Assembly (NCBI GenBank): GCA_002256025.1
Contig: NKIB01013850.1
Span: forward strand, 1 to 50,382
DNA: 50,382 bases
Direction: 5' to 3'
DNA from: Asterionella formosa
Taxonomy: Eukaryota
This document shows, piece by piece, positions 1 to 11,621 of this stretch (position 1 is its first letter; each line of letters begins with the position of its first letter). The notes below the pieces were generated by a model. It was not told the DNA's origin. It saw nothing but the letters and a program-made list of their open reading frames with translations, and searched no databases. The translations under genes and the position numbers were made by a program.

Positions 1-61
1 CCAGCAGTGTGCTCATTCCTCCTGCTCACTATTCTATACTGCAATGTCTCTGTTTAATTAG

Positions 62-1656
62 GTGGTCTAGTCCTTTACCAACAGAACCACACAGACGCAC
101 CCACTATTTCTATTCTTGTCAGAATCAATGACATTATTTCTACCATCTTCTTGGACCCCACCAAGGCATTACTGACACGGACAACAGTCAGTGCCACTGA
201 GGGTGCTGTCGTTGCCGAATGGATCATGAATACACAGTATGTGGTGATTGCCTTTTATCCGCACATTATGAGACATGCCAAGAGAATTCCATGGTTGTTG
301 GATCAAGTGTTGAAGGAATTTGGACGAGCACAAGGCGATGACCAAGAACAAGTATTCCATGCATCCTTGTTTGATACTACCTATCATGTTTTACTCAAAC
401 AAGCCTTCATGGCACAACAACAACAACAACAACAACAGCTACCACGGGACACTACGATTGAAGGTACTGTTGTTGCCAAACCGAGAGGAATGGCAACCAA
501 GGGCAAAGAAAAGAGACACTGGGGCGAAGGCAAGGTAACGAAGGAAGCCATGGCAGAACTGGACTTTTCAAAAGACACCAGTGACGGAGATGGAAATGAT
601 GCCAATGCACTCGCAGAAGCACGAGCGGCGTATTTGCCGAACGGAAATGATAATATAGAAGCAGCACCAGAAATGGATGAGGAGGAAATCATCCGTGATG
701 ACTCCAGTTGGGGTACGGGACTATATGGACTATTGGATCAAATGACGGGCAACAAAATCTTGAATGAAGCTGATTTATCATCTCCCCTCTTGGAGATGCA
801 ACAACTCTTATTGTCCAAAAATGTTGCCAGTGACATTTGTCGTGATATTATTACTACCGTTCAAAAGTCTCTTGTGGGAAAACGACTCCAATCCTTTGCA
901 CGCGTCAAAACGGCCGTCCGACAAGCACTTGAATCAGCCATTGCAAAGATTTTGGCTCCACCCCAACAACGAAATGTAGACATTTTGCGTGGGATCGTGT
1001 CAAAACGAAATGGACGCTTCTTTGCCACTCAAAAGAAAGAACCTTATGTCATTTGTATGGTGGGGATCAATGGAGTTGGGAAAAGCACGTCATTGGCTAA
1101 AATTGCATATTATCTCAAACAACACGATTGTTCCCCAATGCTGGCAGCATGTGATACCTTTCGAAGTGGAGCTGTTGAGCAGTTGAACGTACATGCAAAA
1201 TGTTTGGATATTCCTCTATATCACAAGGGATATGCAAAAGATCCTTCAGCAGTAGCAACAGCAGCAATTGCTCATGCAACACAAGAAGGATATGACGTTG
1301 TTCTGGTAGACACCGCTGGTCGGATGCAAAACAATGTACCATTGATGAAAGCCTTGTCAAAATTGGTGGTGGAAAATAAGCCAGATTTAGTTCTCTTTGT
1401 ATGTGAAGCCTTGGTTGGCAATGATGGCATTGATCAACTTACGATGTTTAACAAGGCTCTACGATCTGGTGGTCACTCAAGACAAATCGATGGCATCATT
1501 TTGACCAAGTTTGATACAGTCAGTGATAAAGTTGGAGCTGCATTGACATTGACTCATGTCACAGGGGCGCCTGTTGTGTTTTGTGGGACTGGGCAAAAAT
1601 ACAATCATTTGAAGAAACTCAGTGCTGCAGCTGTCATTAAAAGCTTGTTTGCTTGA
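62..1656 (+). CDS. SRPRA: Signal recognition particle receptor alpha subunit (5'-partial; first exon lies upstream of the window)
   Basis: SRP-type GTPase motifs GINGVGKSTSLAKIA, ACDTFRSGAVEQL, DTAGRMQNN, TKFDTV and GTGQKY. The frame is open back to GGLVLY at 61, matching the SRalpha N-terminus, and is preceded by an acceptor-like ttaattAG (60-61) and an in-frame stop at 55-57. Poly-Gln (CAA)n lies at about 415-438. Confidence 0.95.
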
Positions 1657-2134
1657 ACTTTGTTACTGCCCCAAATATTATAACACTTTGATCCATTGTT
1701 GTGGTATACTGCAATAGAGTCGAACCTAATGGTGAACATCCCACATCAGTGGAATAGTAAGCAAATAATAATTTACATGCGAAAAGAGAGTGCATGTCAA
1801 GAATCCTGCATGATAGCTTTGATGATGGCCTAGCAAGCATATTGTTAAAATTGATGTTTGTTTCGTTATGAGTTATTAAACAAGAATGAATGCACTTCCA
1901 TTGTAGCAATACCACACCCCATTGCAATCAAAATTTGAAATTTTCGTTACTCATAGCCAAATTCTGGAGTGCTGCACAGCCCACTGATTGAATGATAGAA
2001 TTTGACGAAATTTTTTTCATGGCGAGAATCATATCAATAGCACCTACTGCAGCAATAGCATCACTGTTGTTGCCATTAAAAGTCAAATAGAAAAAGTGGT
2101 GCTCCACAACCCTGATCTTCAATGGCATCAGCAA
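1650..2134 (-). pseudogene. Decayed armadillo-like repeat fragment
   Basis: NSDAIAAVGAIDMILAMKKISSNSIIQSVGCAALQNLAMSNEN resembles an ARM repeat. Weaker ARM-like pieces (IAMGCGIATMEVH, DVGCSPLG) follow in broken frames with stops. Confidence 0.45.
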
Positions 2135-2730
2135 GTTAAGGAATGCACTTACACTGCAGAAAGAATACTAATAATGTCATCTGCTGTTACAATAACTTAA
2201 CTTTTTCTCTTTATAAAAACCGTCCTTGAACAGAATCAGTAGATTAATGTGTTTTCATTGCAAAGACAATTATACATTGCTTACAAAAAAAATCTTCAAT
2301 GCTATAGCTGTGACAGGCTACTAGACTGCTATTTGAATTCTAACCAATGCTGTATTTAGGAAGATTTGATTCTGGAATGTTACATATCTTATTGATTGTG
2401 GACAACGAAAGTCTCATCATTTGTTATAATCTTATAAGACTCAAAATTTGTCCTGTCTGATACTATAGATGAAGCGACCTGCCTGTTTCCCACCACTTCT
2501 TCCTGTGGTATCGTGCTGTGGGCAGACAGACAAATTGAAGAGGCTGGCTGATGGTGGTTGGGGGTCTGGAATACCAGTACCTGGTACATGCTCGCAAGCA
2601 CGCCAGGAGGGCCCAAAGTCCACGAACACCCAATGTCCCAACGGTACCAGTATTACATACCAGGTACCAGTACCGTAGGGAGCCAATTAGGGAATCGTGC
2701 GTAAAATCTCCACAATCGTTGTAGGATTCT

Positions 2731-3347
2731 NNNNNNNNNNNNNNNNNNNNNNNNNNNNNNNNNNNNNNNNNNNNNNNNNNNNNNNNNNNNNNNNNNNNNN
2801 NNNNNNNNNNNNNNNNNNNNNNNNNNNNNNNNNNNNNNNNNNNNNNNNNNNNNNNNNNNNNNNNNNNNNNNNNNNNNNNNNNNNNNNNNNNNNNNNNNNN
2901 NNNNNNNNNNNNNNNNNNNNNNNNNNNNNNNNNNNNNNNNNNNNNNNNNNNNNNNNNNNNNNNNNNNNNNNNNNNNNNNNNNNNNNNNNNNNNNNNNNNN
3001 NNNNNNNNNNNNNNNNNNNNNNNNNNNNNNNNNNNNNNNNNNNNNNNNNNNNNNNNNNNNNNNNNNNNNNNNNNNNNNNNNNNNNNNNNNNNNNNNNNNN
3101 NNNNNNNNNNNNNNNNNNNNNNNNNNNNNNNNNNNNNNNNNNNNNNNNNNNNNNNNNNNNNNNNNNNNNNNNNNNNNNNNNNNNNNNNNNNNNNNNNNNN
3201 NNNNNNNNNNNNNNNNNNNNNNNNNNNNNNNNNNNNNNNNNNNNNNNNNNNNNNNNNNNNNNNNNNNNNNNNNNNNNNNNNNNNNNNNNNNNNNNNNNNN
3301 NNNNNNNNNNNNNNNNNNNNNNNNNNNNNNNNNNNNNNNNNNNNNNN
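2731..3347. other. Assembly gap (N run)
   Basis: Continuous Ns. Confidence 1.
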
Positions 3348-3361
3348 GCAAACAAAAGGAG

Positions 3362-4747
3362 ATGAGAATAGAAGGCGAAATCGTTCGAGGAGTCGTATTC
3401 CTCTGTCTGCTCCTTTTGGCACTGAGCTGCCTCGCTTCGGTATTCACAGAATCTCCCACGACGAACGGCGTGCGCAGATTGAAGAACAATCAAGATGATG
3501 GCATTCTTGATACTCCTGGTATCCACGTCCGACGACAAAGCACGACCAATACGAGCAACCTGACCGACCCATATTATGGCACGCCGGTAGGAGCACCAGT
3601 GGGAATACCACCTTGCGTCCGCAGAATGACATTGGAAACGTCAACCAGGAGGTTGAATGTTAATTCTAGCCAATTGGGACCTGACATTGGAAATGGATAT
3701 GATCATGGTCTGAATATGACTTTTGTACCACCTACTTATGCTTGTGATGATGATTCAATATATGGCATAGTAGGAGCTTCTTCTCCTTCGGGATGCAACG
3801 AGACGTGGCCTCCCGGAAACTCTCTCAACGCTGATTCATTCAATAAAACACAATATACACCGACATTGATGCCCGAATGTCCAACCCCTTCACCGGCGCA
3901 TGTAGAATTCGCTTCAGGTGCGCCACTGATAACAATTACCGAGCAAGTAACTTCTGCTCCATCAGTGCAACCATCAATCCTCGATGAACCAAATCCAAAG
4001 CGTGAAGGTGATCTTCAAGTTACTCTTTATGGTTCAGTGAATATGGCTATTCCCCACTCGGCGCGAACGCACCTCAACAGACATCAAATAGACGAACACT
4101 ACTTATCTGTGCTTTCTGACACTATGGATCTAATTTTGAATGAATCTTCACTGTTTTTTGTTCAGACACAACCTTATCGCAGACTTGAACAAGTCCTCAT
4201 CCCCAACAAAGTTAAATCCAACATTTCGCAGCTTGCTTTAACAATGTATGAAACATGGATGACGGCACACATTGCCTATAATACAACTACCGACTCAAGT
4301 GATGCTCATGCCATGACATTGACAACAACTGTCCATACAGCAGTCACTTCGGGGATGTTTCTAGAACAGGCACAAATGCTAGCGCCAGAGATTCTACAAG
4401 TGACGGTATTGGGAGTATCTGGTGTAAATGGGCTTGCTTCAATGGAAACACAATCATGGAGCACGCGACAGTGGGTGGGTGTTGGGATCTTTTCATTTAC
4501 GCTCGTCGTTGTCCTTTTGCTAATGTCAACCGCATTGCGCCGTCGAAGGAAACGAGACGAACAAGACAATTGGGGTGTGAAACTCGGGACAGAACATGAT
4601 GTTAGTGAAATGCTCAATGTGGGCTGGGATGGCCAAAAGATCTTTGAAAAGGCAAAGATTGGATATCGGGATGATGATTCCATCTTTTTGGGGGGCTTTG
4701 AGCATACTCAAACAGCGCCCATTTCGACAGCCACCACGACTTCGTAA
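3362..4747 (+). CDS. Uncharacterised type-I single-pass membrane protein (461 aa) with RRL motifs
   Basis: N-terminal hydrophobic signal (VVFLCLLLLALSCLASVF), Pro/Ser/Thr-rich ectodomain, TM segment WVGVGIFSFTLVVVLLLM followed by RRRRKR, and a short cytosolic tail. The start sits 14 nt after a gap, so an upstream exon cannot be excluded. Confidence 0.8.
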   Translation: MRIEGEIVRGVVFLCLLLLALSCLASVFTESPTTNGVRRLKNNQDDGILDTPGIHVRRQSTTNTSNLTDPYYGTPVGAPVGIPPCVRRMTLETSTRRLNVNSSQLGPDIGNGYDHGLNMTFVPPTYACDDDSIYGIVGASSPSGCNETWPPGNSLNADSFNKTQYTPTLMPECPTPSPAHVEFASGAPLITITEQVTSAPSVQPSILDEPNPKREGDLQVTLYGSVNMAIPHSARTHLNRHQIDEHYLSVLSDTMDLILNESSLFFVQTQPYRRLEQVLIPNKVKSNISQLALTMYETWMTAHIAYNTTTDSSDAHAMTLTTTVHTAVTSGMFLEQAQMLAPEILQVTVLGVSGVNGLASMETQSWSTRQWVGVGIFSFTLVVVLLLMSTALRRRRKRDEQDNWGVKLGTEHDVSEMLNVGWDGQKIFEKAKIGYRDDDSIFLGGFEHTQTAPISTATTTS

Positions 4748-5059
4748 TTGATTGAGTGAAGCAACTTTATCAAGTTAATAAGTATCTCTTGTTGTCATCC
4801 AACCACATCAAGTGCAGGTATTAATAATGATTAGGACAAGGTCCTACATACGTGATAACCCATGCATGATATTATGATGATTAGTAGCAGGTCTACATAC
4901 GTGATTACTGTGTACTGAAGTAGTACCAGTAGGTATACTATACCAGTGGCATACTATAGTACCAGGTACTGGTACTATCATCTCGTCGTGGTTCTGCCTT
5001 CTTTCCTCGTTTTCCTCTCAAGCTACATAGACTTCTGTTACAGACTTCATGTTCCACAA

Positions 5060-6043
5060 ATGACGACTAGCAAAAAGACGAACAGAGACGCAGCCTACGA
5101 CTCGTTTGCCAATGTAGACAAGTTGGTGAACAAACCTGTTCTGGGTTCGGATGGAGCCGCCTCTTGGCAAGCCTTTCGATCGACTACGGGCACAACGAAT
5201 CGACAAACCAGTAGTTGCAGTGGTGCTCCGACATTACAAGTCAAGAGGAACGATCGATTGGGGACTGGACTTGCAAGTATCGAGGATGAACGAGCCCATG
5301 ACAATGCCATTCGAATGGCAGCTGGTGATGGACTTGTTGGTGCTGGTTACGTCAATTTTAAACAAAAGATAACGGCGGAAGAAGTGCGGAAAGGAAAAGA
5401 AACGAAACGAATTCAGAAACGACAACGACCGGAAGATAAGGAATACTTTCTGCAGACGGGAGGACAGTTTCAGGGACATAAGTTTGATTATGTGTTTACG
5501 ACCAAGGATGGAAGAACGGGATACTATTGGGATGGCATGGATAGTCTTAACCAGCTCAATGGTGTGGTGGTCACGCCATATAGTAAGACCGGGAGTCAGG
5601 GTAGTACCGAAGAATGTAGCAACAGCGGTACTGATCAACAAGAGGTTGTAGAACAGCAGCCAAGGAAGAAAAAGAAGAAATCGAAATCCGCCGAGTCTGT
5701 ACAGGCAGTTGCAACGACAACCACTACAATCCCATCTGACTCAATGAATCACAGAGAGATTGTTGCAAATGCTATTCAAAAGCAACTAGATGCCATGAAT
5801 AGACCTCCAGGATGGTTGGAATCGTCACTTCCACAAGGTTGGCAACAAACCATGGACCCAACCTCTCAAAAGATTTACTATTATAATGACAAGACAGGTC
5901 TGAGACAATGGGAAAAGCCCACTATTGCACATTTAGTAGAAACTCCCTTTCCAGATGGATGGAAGTGTGCCCATGATGCATCGACTGGAAAGGAGTACTA
6001 CTATCATGCAAATGGGGAAACAAAGTGGGAACGACCAACTTGA
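5060..6043 (+). CDS. Nuclear-type protein with two C-terminal WW domains
   Basis: LPQGWQQTMDPTSQKIYYYNDKTGLRQWEKP and FPDGWKCAHDASTGKEYYYHANGETKWERP are canonical WW domains; PRKKKKK is NLS-like. The first in-frame ATG is at 5060; the track's 4946 start is a GTG inside a GTACC array. Confidence 0.88.
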   Translation: MTTSKKTNRDAAYDSFANVDKLVNKPVLGSDGAASWQAFRSTTGTTNRQTSSCSGAPTLQVKRNDRLGTGLASIEDERAHDNAIRMAAGDGLVGAGYVNFKQKITAEEVRKGKETKRIQKRQRPEDKEYFLQTGGQFQGHKFDYVFTTKDGRTGYYWDGMDSLNQLNGVVVTPYSKTGSQGSTEECSNSGTDQQEVVEQQPRKKKKKSKSAESVQAVATTTTTIPSDSMNHREIVANAIQKQLDAMNRPPGWLESSLPQGWQQTMDPTSQKIYYYNDKTGLRQWEKPTIAHLVETPFPDGWKCAHDASTGKEYYYHANGETKWERPT

Positions 6044-6524
6044 CAATATTGACGAGAAATTTTGAAACAGATGGTATCCTGTTGGATGGTTGACGTCACT
6101 CATTGTCTATTTAAAATGCACTGCATAAAACCCCATCAAACCTACATAGTAGCTAGTAGATGATCTGATACTTGAGCTTTTACAGTTCATTAGCACTTTC
6201 ATTTTCTAATGAATACGCGATGTTGGAAATCTTATCCTGATGGCGTCCTTCATTTCAAGCTTTCCTATGCAAGTACCCACATTCTTGAGATATTGCCAAG
6301 TTGCCTTTATCCCCCACTTGCTTCCACATCCTTTTGAAATTCAACTACCGGTAGATGCAGTCCATTTTTTAAAGTGAATGTGTTAGTATCCTGTCTCAAT
6401 CATTGAAGTTGTATGTATACCACTCTGCATTATAGTATGCAGTAGGCAAAACATGTCAACCTATAGTCTACTTTCCCCTTTCACATACAAACAAATCAAA
6501 TGCCATATCAGGAGAATCTATTTT

Positions 6525-7344
6525 TTACGGACTCGGCCCCATCATATTGAGTTTCTGTTTTTCTTTCAGCATTGCTTCTTCCCAGTGCTCTTGAGAAAGC
6601 TCTGTCACTATAGAATCACCTAGGGCTCCACCCTCCTCCATCTTGTGTTCATTGGCTAATTCCTCATCTGTCATTTTCTTAAAATTGGCCAATTTCTCTT
6701 CCAGAAGTGTAAATTTGTTGGGACCACATGGAAAGGCTGTCACTAGTCCTACTGCTCCCTTATAAATGTGTACATTTGGAAGTCGCTTGACTCCCAGGGA
6801 GCGACAGAGAACAGCATTGGTGCCGAATTCAATTTCAGCAAACCTTACCTTTCCCTTTCTGACCAATTCTTTTGTTTTGAAGTCCATCACGTCACCTTCA
6901 TCTAATGCTAGTTTCTTGTACATGACTCCAAATTTTTGACAAGATTTGCACCAACTGGCGTAAAATCTGATGTTAAAAAAGGATGGAACGGATATATTCG
7001 TGAGTTTCTTGTTTTTATTGTTTCATTGCCACGTGCTCCCCCATTCCCTCCAGTCTATTATTTTGGGGGCACACACACACACACACACACACTCACTTGA
7101 CAACAACTAGTCGCTCGTCTTGACTCAAAAAGGTCAAGAAATCATCAAGACTTTCAATGGTAGCAATCTCAGGTTTGAGAAAGGAAGGTACGACTGGCGC
7201 CTCGTAACCATCCTTGTAACCAAAGGAGGATGGTGCCATCTGTTGTTGCGTCTGCAGGCGACAAGGCGATGTGACCATAAAGGCGGAGGCTGCACCGTTC
7301 AAAAGAACCACGGATAGAAGCAGTAGTCGTAGCAGCGGGACCAT
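6525..7344 (-). CDS. Plastid-targeted atypical thioredoxin (WCKSC); exons 7344-7097 and 6966-6525
   Basis: Removing GT..AG intron 7096-6967 joins RLVVVK|FYASWCKSCQKF. The signal peptide ends in GAASA-FMV (ASAFAP-like); CRSLGVKRLPNVHIYKG is thioredoxin-fold-like. Confidence 0.88.
7070..7092 (+). repeat. (CA)n microsatellite at the 5' end of the thioredoxin intron
   Basis: About 11 CA units directly adjacent to the minus-strand donor GTGAGT. Confidence 0.95.
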
Positions 7345-7553
7345 GGTGATGGATATCAATCGAAAATATGAATAAAAATGTAGTAAATAAGGTTTAAGTA
7401 TAAAAGTGTGATACGAATTAATTCCAGAACCAGAACAACAGAAAATGATGGTTTGATTATGAATTGTTCTTCATGGCTGTGTTCTTCAACAATCAATCTT
7501 GGCAGGTTGATTTTCAAGCTGTTTTTTTCTGGCATACATAATTACTTACCAGT

Positions 7554-8000
7554 NNNNNNNNNNNNNNNNNNNNNNNNNNNNNNNNNNNNNNNNNNNNNNN
7601 NNNNNNNNNNNNNNNNNNNNNNNNNNNNNNNNNNNNNNNNNNNNNNNNNNNNNNNNNNNNNNNNNNNNNNNNNNNNNNNNNNNNNNNNNNNNNNNNNNNN
7701 NNNNNNNNNNNNNNNNNNNNNNNNNNNNNNNNNNNNNNNNNNNNNNNNNNNNNNNNNNNNNNNNNNNNNNNNNNNNNNNNNNNNNNNNNNNNNNNNNNNN
7801 NNNNNNNNNNNNNNNNNNNNNNNNNNNNNNNNNNNNNNNNNNNNNNNNNNNNNNNNNNNNNNNNNNNNNNNNNNNNNNNNNNNNNNNNNNNNNNNNNNNN
7901 NNNNNNNNNNNNNNNNNNNNNNNNNNNNNNNNNNNNNNNNNNNNNNNNNNNNNNNNNNNNNNNNNNNNNNNNNNNNNNNNNNNNNNNNNNNNNNNNNNNN
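7554..8000. other. Assembly gap (N run)
   Basis: Continuous Ns. Confidence 1.
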
Positions 8001-8826
8001 GCGGGGGACGGCCGAGGAGCGAAACAGAAGAGGAAGCATGCAGTACCGGTGCTGGTACCTGGTACCAGGTACTCGGAGTACTAAATAGCAGTGGTGTGCA
8101 GCATCGTCTGCCTCGACACAAAACGTACCATGTACTGACCGCTTCCTGGTGGCGCGATGTTGAGCGAGACCTACCGGAACTTACTTACAACAGGTATCAA
8201 TCATCGTTGATATGATATTATACTATGTAGACTACCGGTAGGTCTACCAGGTACCTAGACAAAAAAGATTACCGGTAAGTCAACTCTTCTTTATTATTAA
8301 ATTATACCTGGGGCTAATAGGGATGTACCGGATGATTTTTCAGATGACATGAATTGTTGCAATTCAACTACCGGGTAGGAGGCAAATTGACATTGCCCGA
8401 AGCCACAAATTCCGGGGTCAACCAATCGCTCATTTTAAATTTCCTTGGTGGCTCTGGTATGACTGGCTTGTACAGCCATGGATCAAGCTCTTCAATAAGT
8501 CGGTCTTGACCTTGGATGCATTGGCACTTGAACATATTGAACTACCAACATCTTTCAAAGGATTGGAGAGTGGGGAAGTCTTATTGGTGGAAGGCAAAGC
8601 AAAATGCAGAGCCAAAAGACCAACATTGTCTTCTTGTCATGAATACTCAACAAGAAATACAACAAGCTGGCCTTTACCGACTTTTGGACGGACGTTATGT
8701 TCTGTGCATGGCCTGAGAGCATTGTTGCTTTTTGATGCAAGTGAAAAGGTCCCATCAGAAGTAGACAACAAAAGTATAGAAACAGAGATTCCCCCGACGT
8801 TCCATTTTGCGCACATCAATTCTTGT

Positions 8827-11184
8827 TTACTGCTCAGGTTTTACAGGAAAGCATTCATCACAACAAGAGCAAACGATACCTCCTTCTTTTTTATTGCAAT
8901 CCGTAGAAATATATGTCAAGTTGGCTTTCTTTAATGCGCAGAGTTCCTCAGGAACGGTCCCAGTCAACATATTGCCATTCAAGCTGCAGTTTTCTAGAAA
9001 ATCGAGTTGTCCAAGTTTCGATGGAATGAGTCCCTTAAACGTATTGTTTTGAAGGTCAAGCTGTTCGAGATGTATCAGGTTGCCAAGCTCTGAAGGAATG
9101 ACACCTGTCAATTTATTATTGGATAGTCTCAACTCGTTCAATTCCTTCATCTGACCATATTCTGTGGGTATGCTGCCTTCGAATGAATTATCATACGCAA
9201 CGAAACGTTGAAGATAGGATAAATTACCAAATTGAAATGGCAATGTCCCATCAAGTCGATTGTCATTGACCAGAAGAACTTGCAGTAAACGCAAATTATG
9301 TATCGAGCTAGGCAAGGTCCCAATCAAGTAATTCGATTGAGTTTGGATCTCTTGTAGCCGAGGTATTGATGCCCAAACATCCGGGATGCTTCCAGTGAGT
9401 ACGTTGTCGTGCACATGAAAAGATTCCAGGTATGTCATATTGCTTATTGTATCAGGTATCGACCCTGTTAGGTAATTCCCACCCAAGTGAAGTATATGCA
9501 GATCTTTGTGTGTAGACATGGTTGAATAAATGGTCCCAGTCAAATAATTATCATTCAACTTGAGTACGAGGAGCTCGGTCAAATTCGAAAGACTAGGTAT
9601 TGGTCCTGTCAAGGAATTTTCTTCCAAGCCAAGAGATTGGAGTAACGATAAGGCACCAATTTGCATAGGAATGGAGCCAGCAAGTTTGTTTTTTCCAAAG
9701 TGCACGTCACGTATGGAATTCAAGTTACCAATTTCGGTAGGAATGGAACCAGAAATTCCATTGTCGTCCAAGTACAGTAACTCTGTGAAGTGAATTCAGT
9801 CATAAGAAGGTGAGCAAATCGATGCTTGAGTAGTAGCGAATGATCGAAACAAAAAATAGAACTCCTGCAATGCGGGACACTTACTTATCGATGCGATGCT
9901 CATAATAGGAAGTGGCAATGTGCCAGTAAGGGCATTCTTTCCCAGATCCAATATCTGCAAGTTCGCTAAGGCACATAGCTCTGATGGTATGGTTCCACGA
10001 AGGTGGTTATTAGGCAAGTTCAAGCCAATGATGACCCCATTCTCATTGTATTGCGAAACGACGTTACCTCCTTCTAAACGAGTCTCACAAGCTACTCCAT
10101 ACCAGTCACAATACCCACTCCCTGATAGCCAAAGGCCATTATTCGTCCAAACGCCATAATTTTCTCGAGCGGCAATATTCATAATGTCGATATTCGGAAA
10201 GGTAGAAAAGTAGAAAACAGCTAGGGCATACCGATGAACGACTGCAGCGTCATTTGGTAACAGCTTTGCACTGTCATAGTCCGACAACCAAACCAAAGCA
10301 AGATACTGAGCTGTATTCGTGTTTCTCAAGTCCTCTTGAGACGTAATCCCACTCGTTTGAATTGCCATTTGGATTGAATTAAATCGTTTCGGTTCTTTAA
10401 TAGGAGGCATCGTCGGTTCATCAACATGTGACATTGTAGGCCCGTTAACAGGAAGCATCTTGGGTATTTTGCTAGGAGGCATCGTAGGAGTAGTAGTGGC
10501 TGTGGGTTGAGACGCAGCAAGCTCTGTTGCACTTGACACAGCTTGAATTGTCACCAACCCCCCTTGCTCAATGAGTATTGTTTCGTAATAAAAAGCAAAG
10601 TCAGCTGCCGTTGGACCAGGACAATCAGGGCACTTTGATGTTTTGTTTTTTGGAGAAGTTAGGTTCCGAGCGTCAAATAGCGTGGATAATTCACCTTGAC
10701 ATCCTGCGCACCGGCCTCGGACAATGGCACGGTACGTTTGAGAAAATGTCAACGGCTGGAGCTGTCTACTTGTCTCCGATGCTTGTTGTTTGAGAGTCAC
10801 TGAATCCACCACTCGCATAGATTTACCATCACAAAAGATGATTGTATTGTATGCACTACTAAACACATTTTCAAGATACGCAAGTTCCAGTGTGCCAGCG
10901 ACGGCTGAGCTGTTCCCGACGAATTCCAAGATGACAGTGTTTTCGAACTTAACTTCGTTGCACGAGGCATCACTCGGAGACATGACAGGTGCTGGTGAAT
11001 TGAAAATTCTAGCCGATGTCATTAGTTTCAATGTGTCATCTTTATGATGCAGCAAGTTTCTGTGTGTTTCGCCAAGACCGACTTGAAGCGACCTTCGAAG
11101 GTCGGTTGGAGACTTCTTCATGACGAGCAAAAGCATAACCAGAGTAGAGGCACATGCCATAGCCAAGTGCTGATAGGAAAACAT
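8827..11184 (-). CDS. Leucine-rich-repeat receptor-like protein; exons (at least)11184-9885 and 9782-8827
   Basis: More than a dozen plant-type LRRs (LxxLxLxxNxLxGxIPxxxG), a cap with RYALAVFYFST and CDWYGVAC, a PT-rich linker and a C-terminal DC..CSCC..C cap. GT..AG intron 9884-9783 restores the frame (IASI|KLLYLDDN). The 5' end abuts a gap. Confidence 0.88.
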
Positions 11185-11192
11185 CCTATGAG

Positions 11193-11621
11193 NNNNNNNN
11201 NNNNNNNNNNNNNNNNNNNNNNNNNNNNNNNNNNNNNNNNNNNNNNNNNNNNNNNNNNNNNNNNNNNNNNNNNNNNNNNNNNNNNNNNNNNNNNNNNNNN
11301 NNNNNNNNNNNNNNNNNNNNNNNNNNNNNNNNNNNNNNNNNNNNNNNNNNNNNNNNNNNNNNNNNNNNNNNNNNNNNNNNNNNNNNNNNNNNNNNNNNNN
11401 NNNNNNNNNNNNNNNNNNNNNNNNNNNNNNNNNNNNNNNNNNNNNNNNNNNNNNNNNNNNNNNNNNNNNNNNNNNNNNNNNNNNNNNNNNNNNNNNNNNN
11501 NNNNNNNNNNNNNNNNNNNNNNNNNNNNNNNNNNNNNNNNNNNNNNNNNNNNNNNNNNNNNNNNNNNNNNNNNNNNNNNNNNNNNNNNNNNNNNNNNNNN
11601 NNNNNNNNNNNNNNNNNNNNN
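11193..11621. other. Assembly gap (N run)
   Basis: Continuous Ns. Confidence 1.

Noticed and set aside
2463..3538. Long ORFs spanning N runs here and at 7408-8121, 11044-11781, 19378-20217 and 27811-28087
   Set aside because: They are open only because Ns translate as X; the flanking residues show no protein features.
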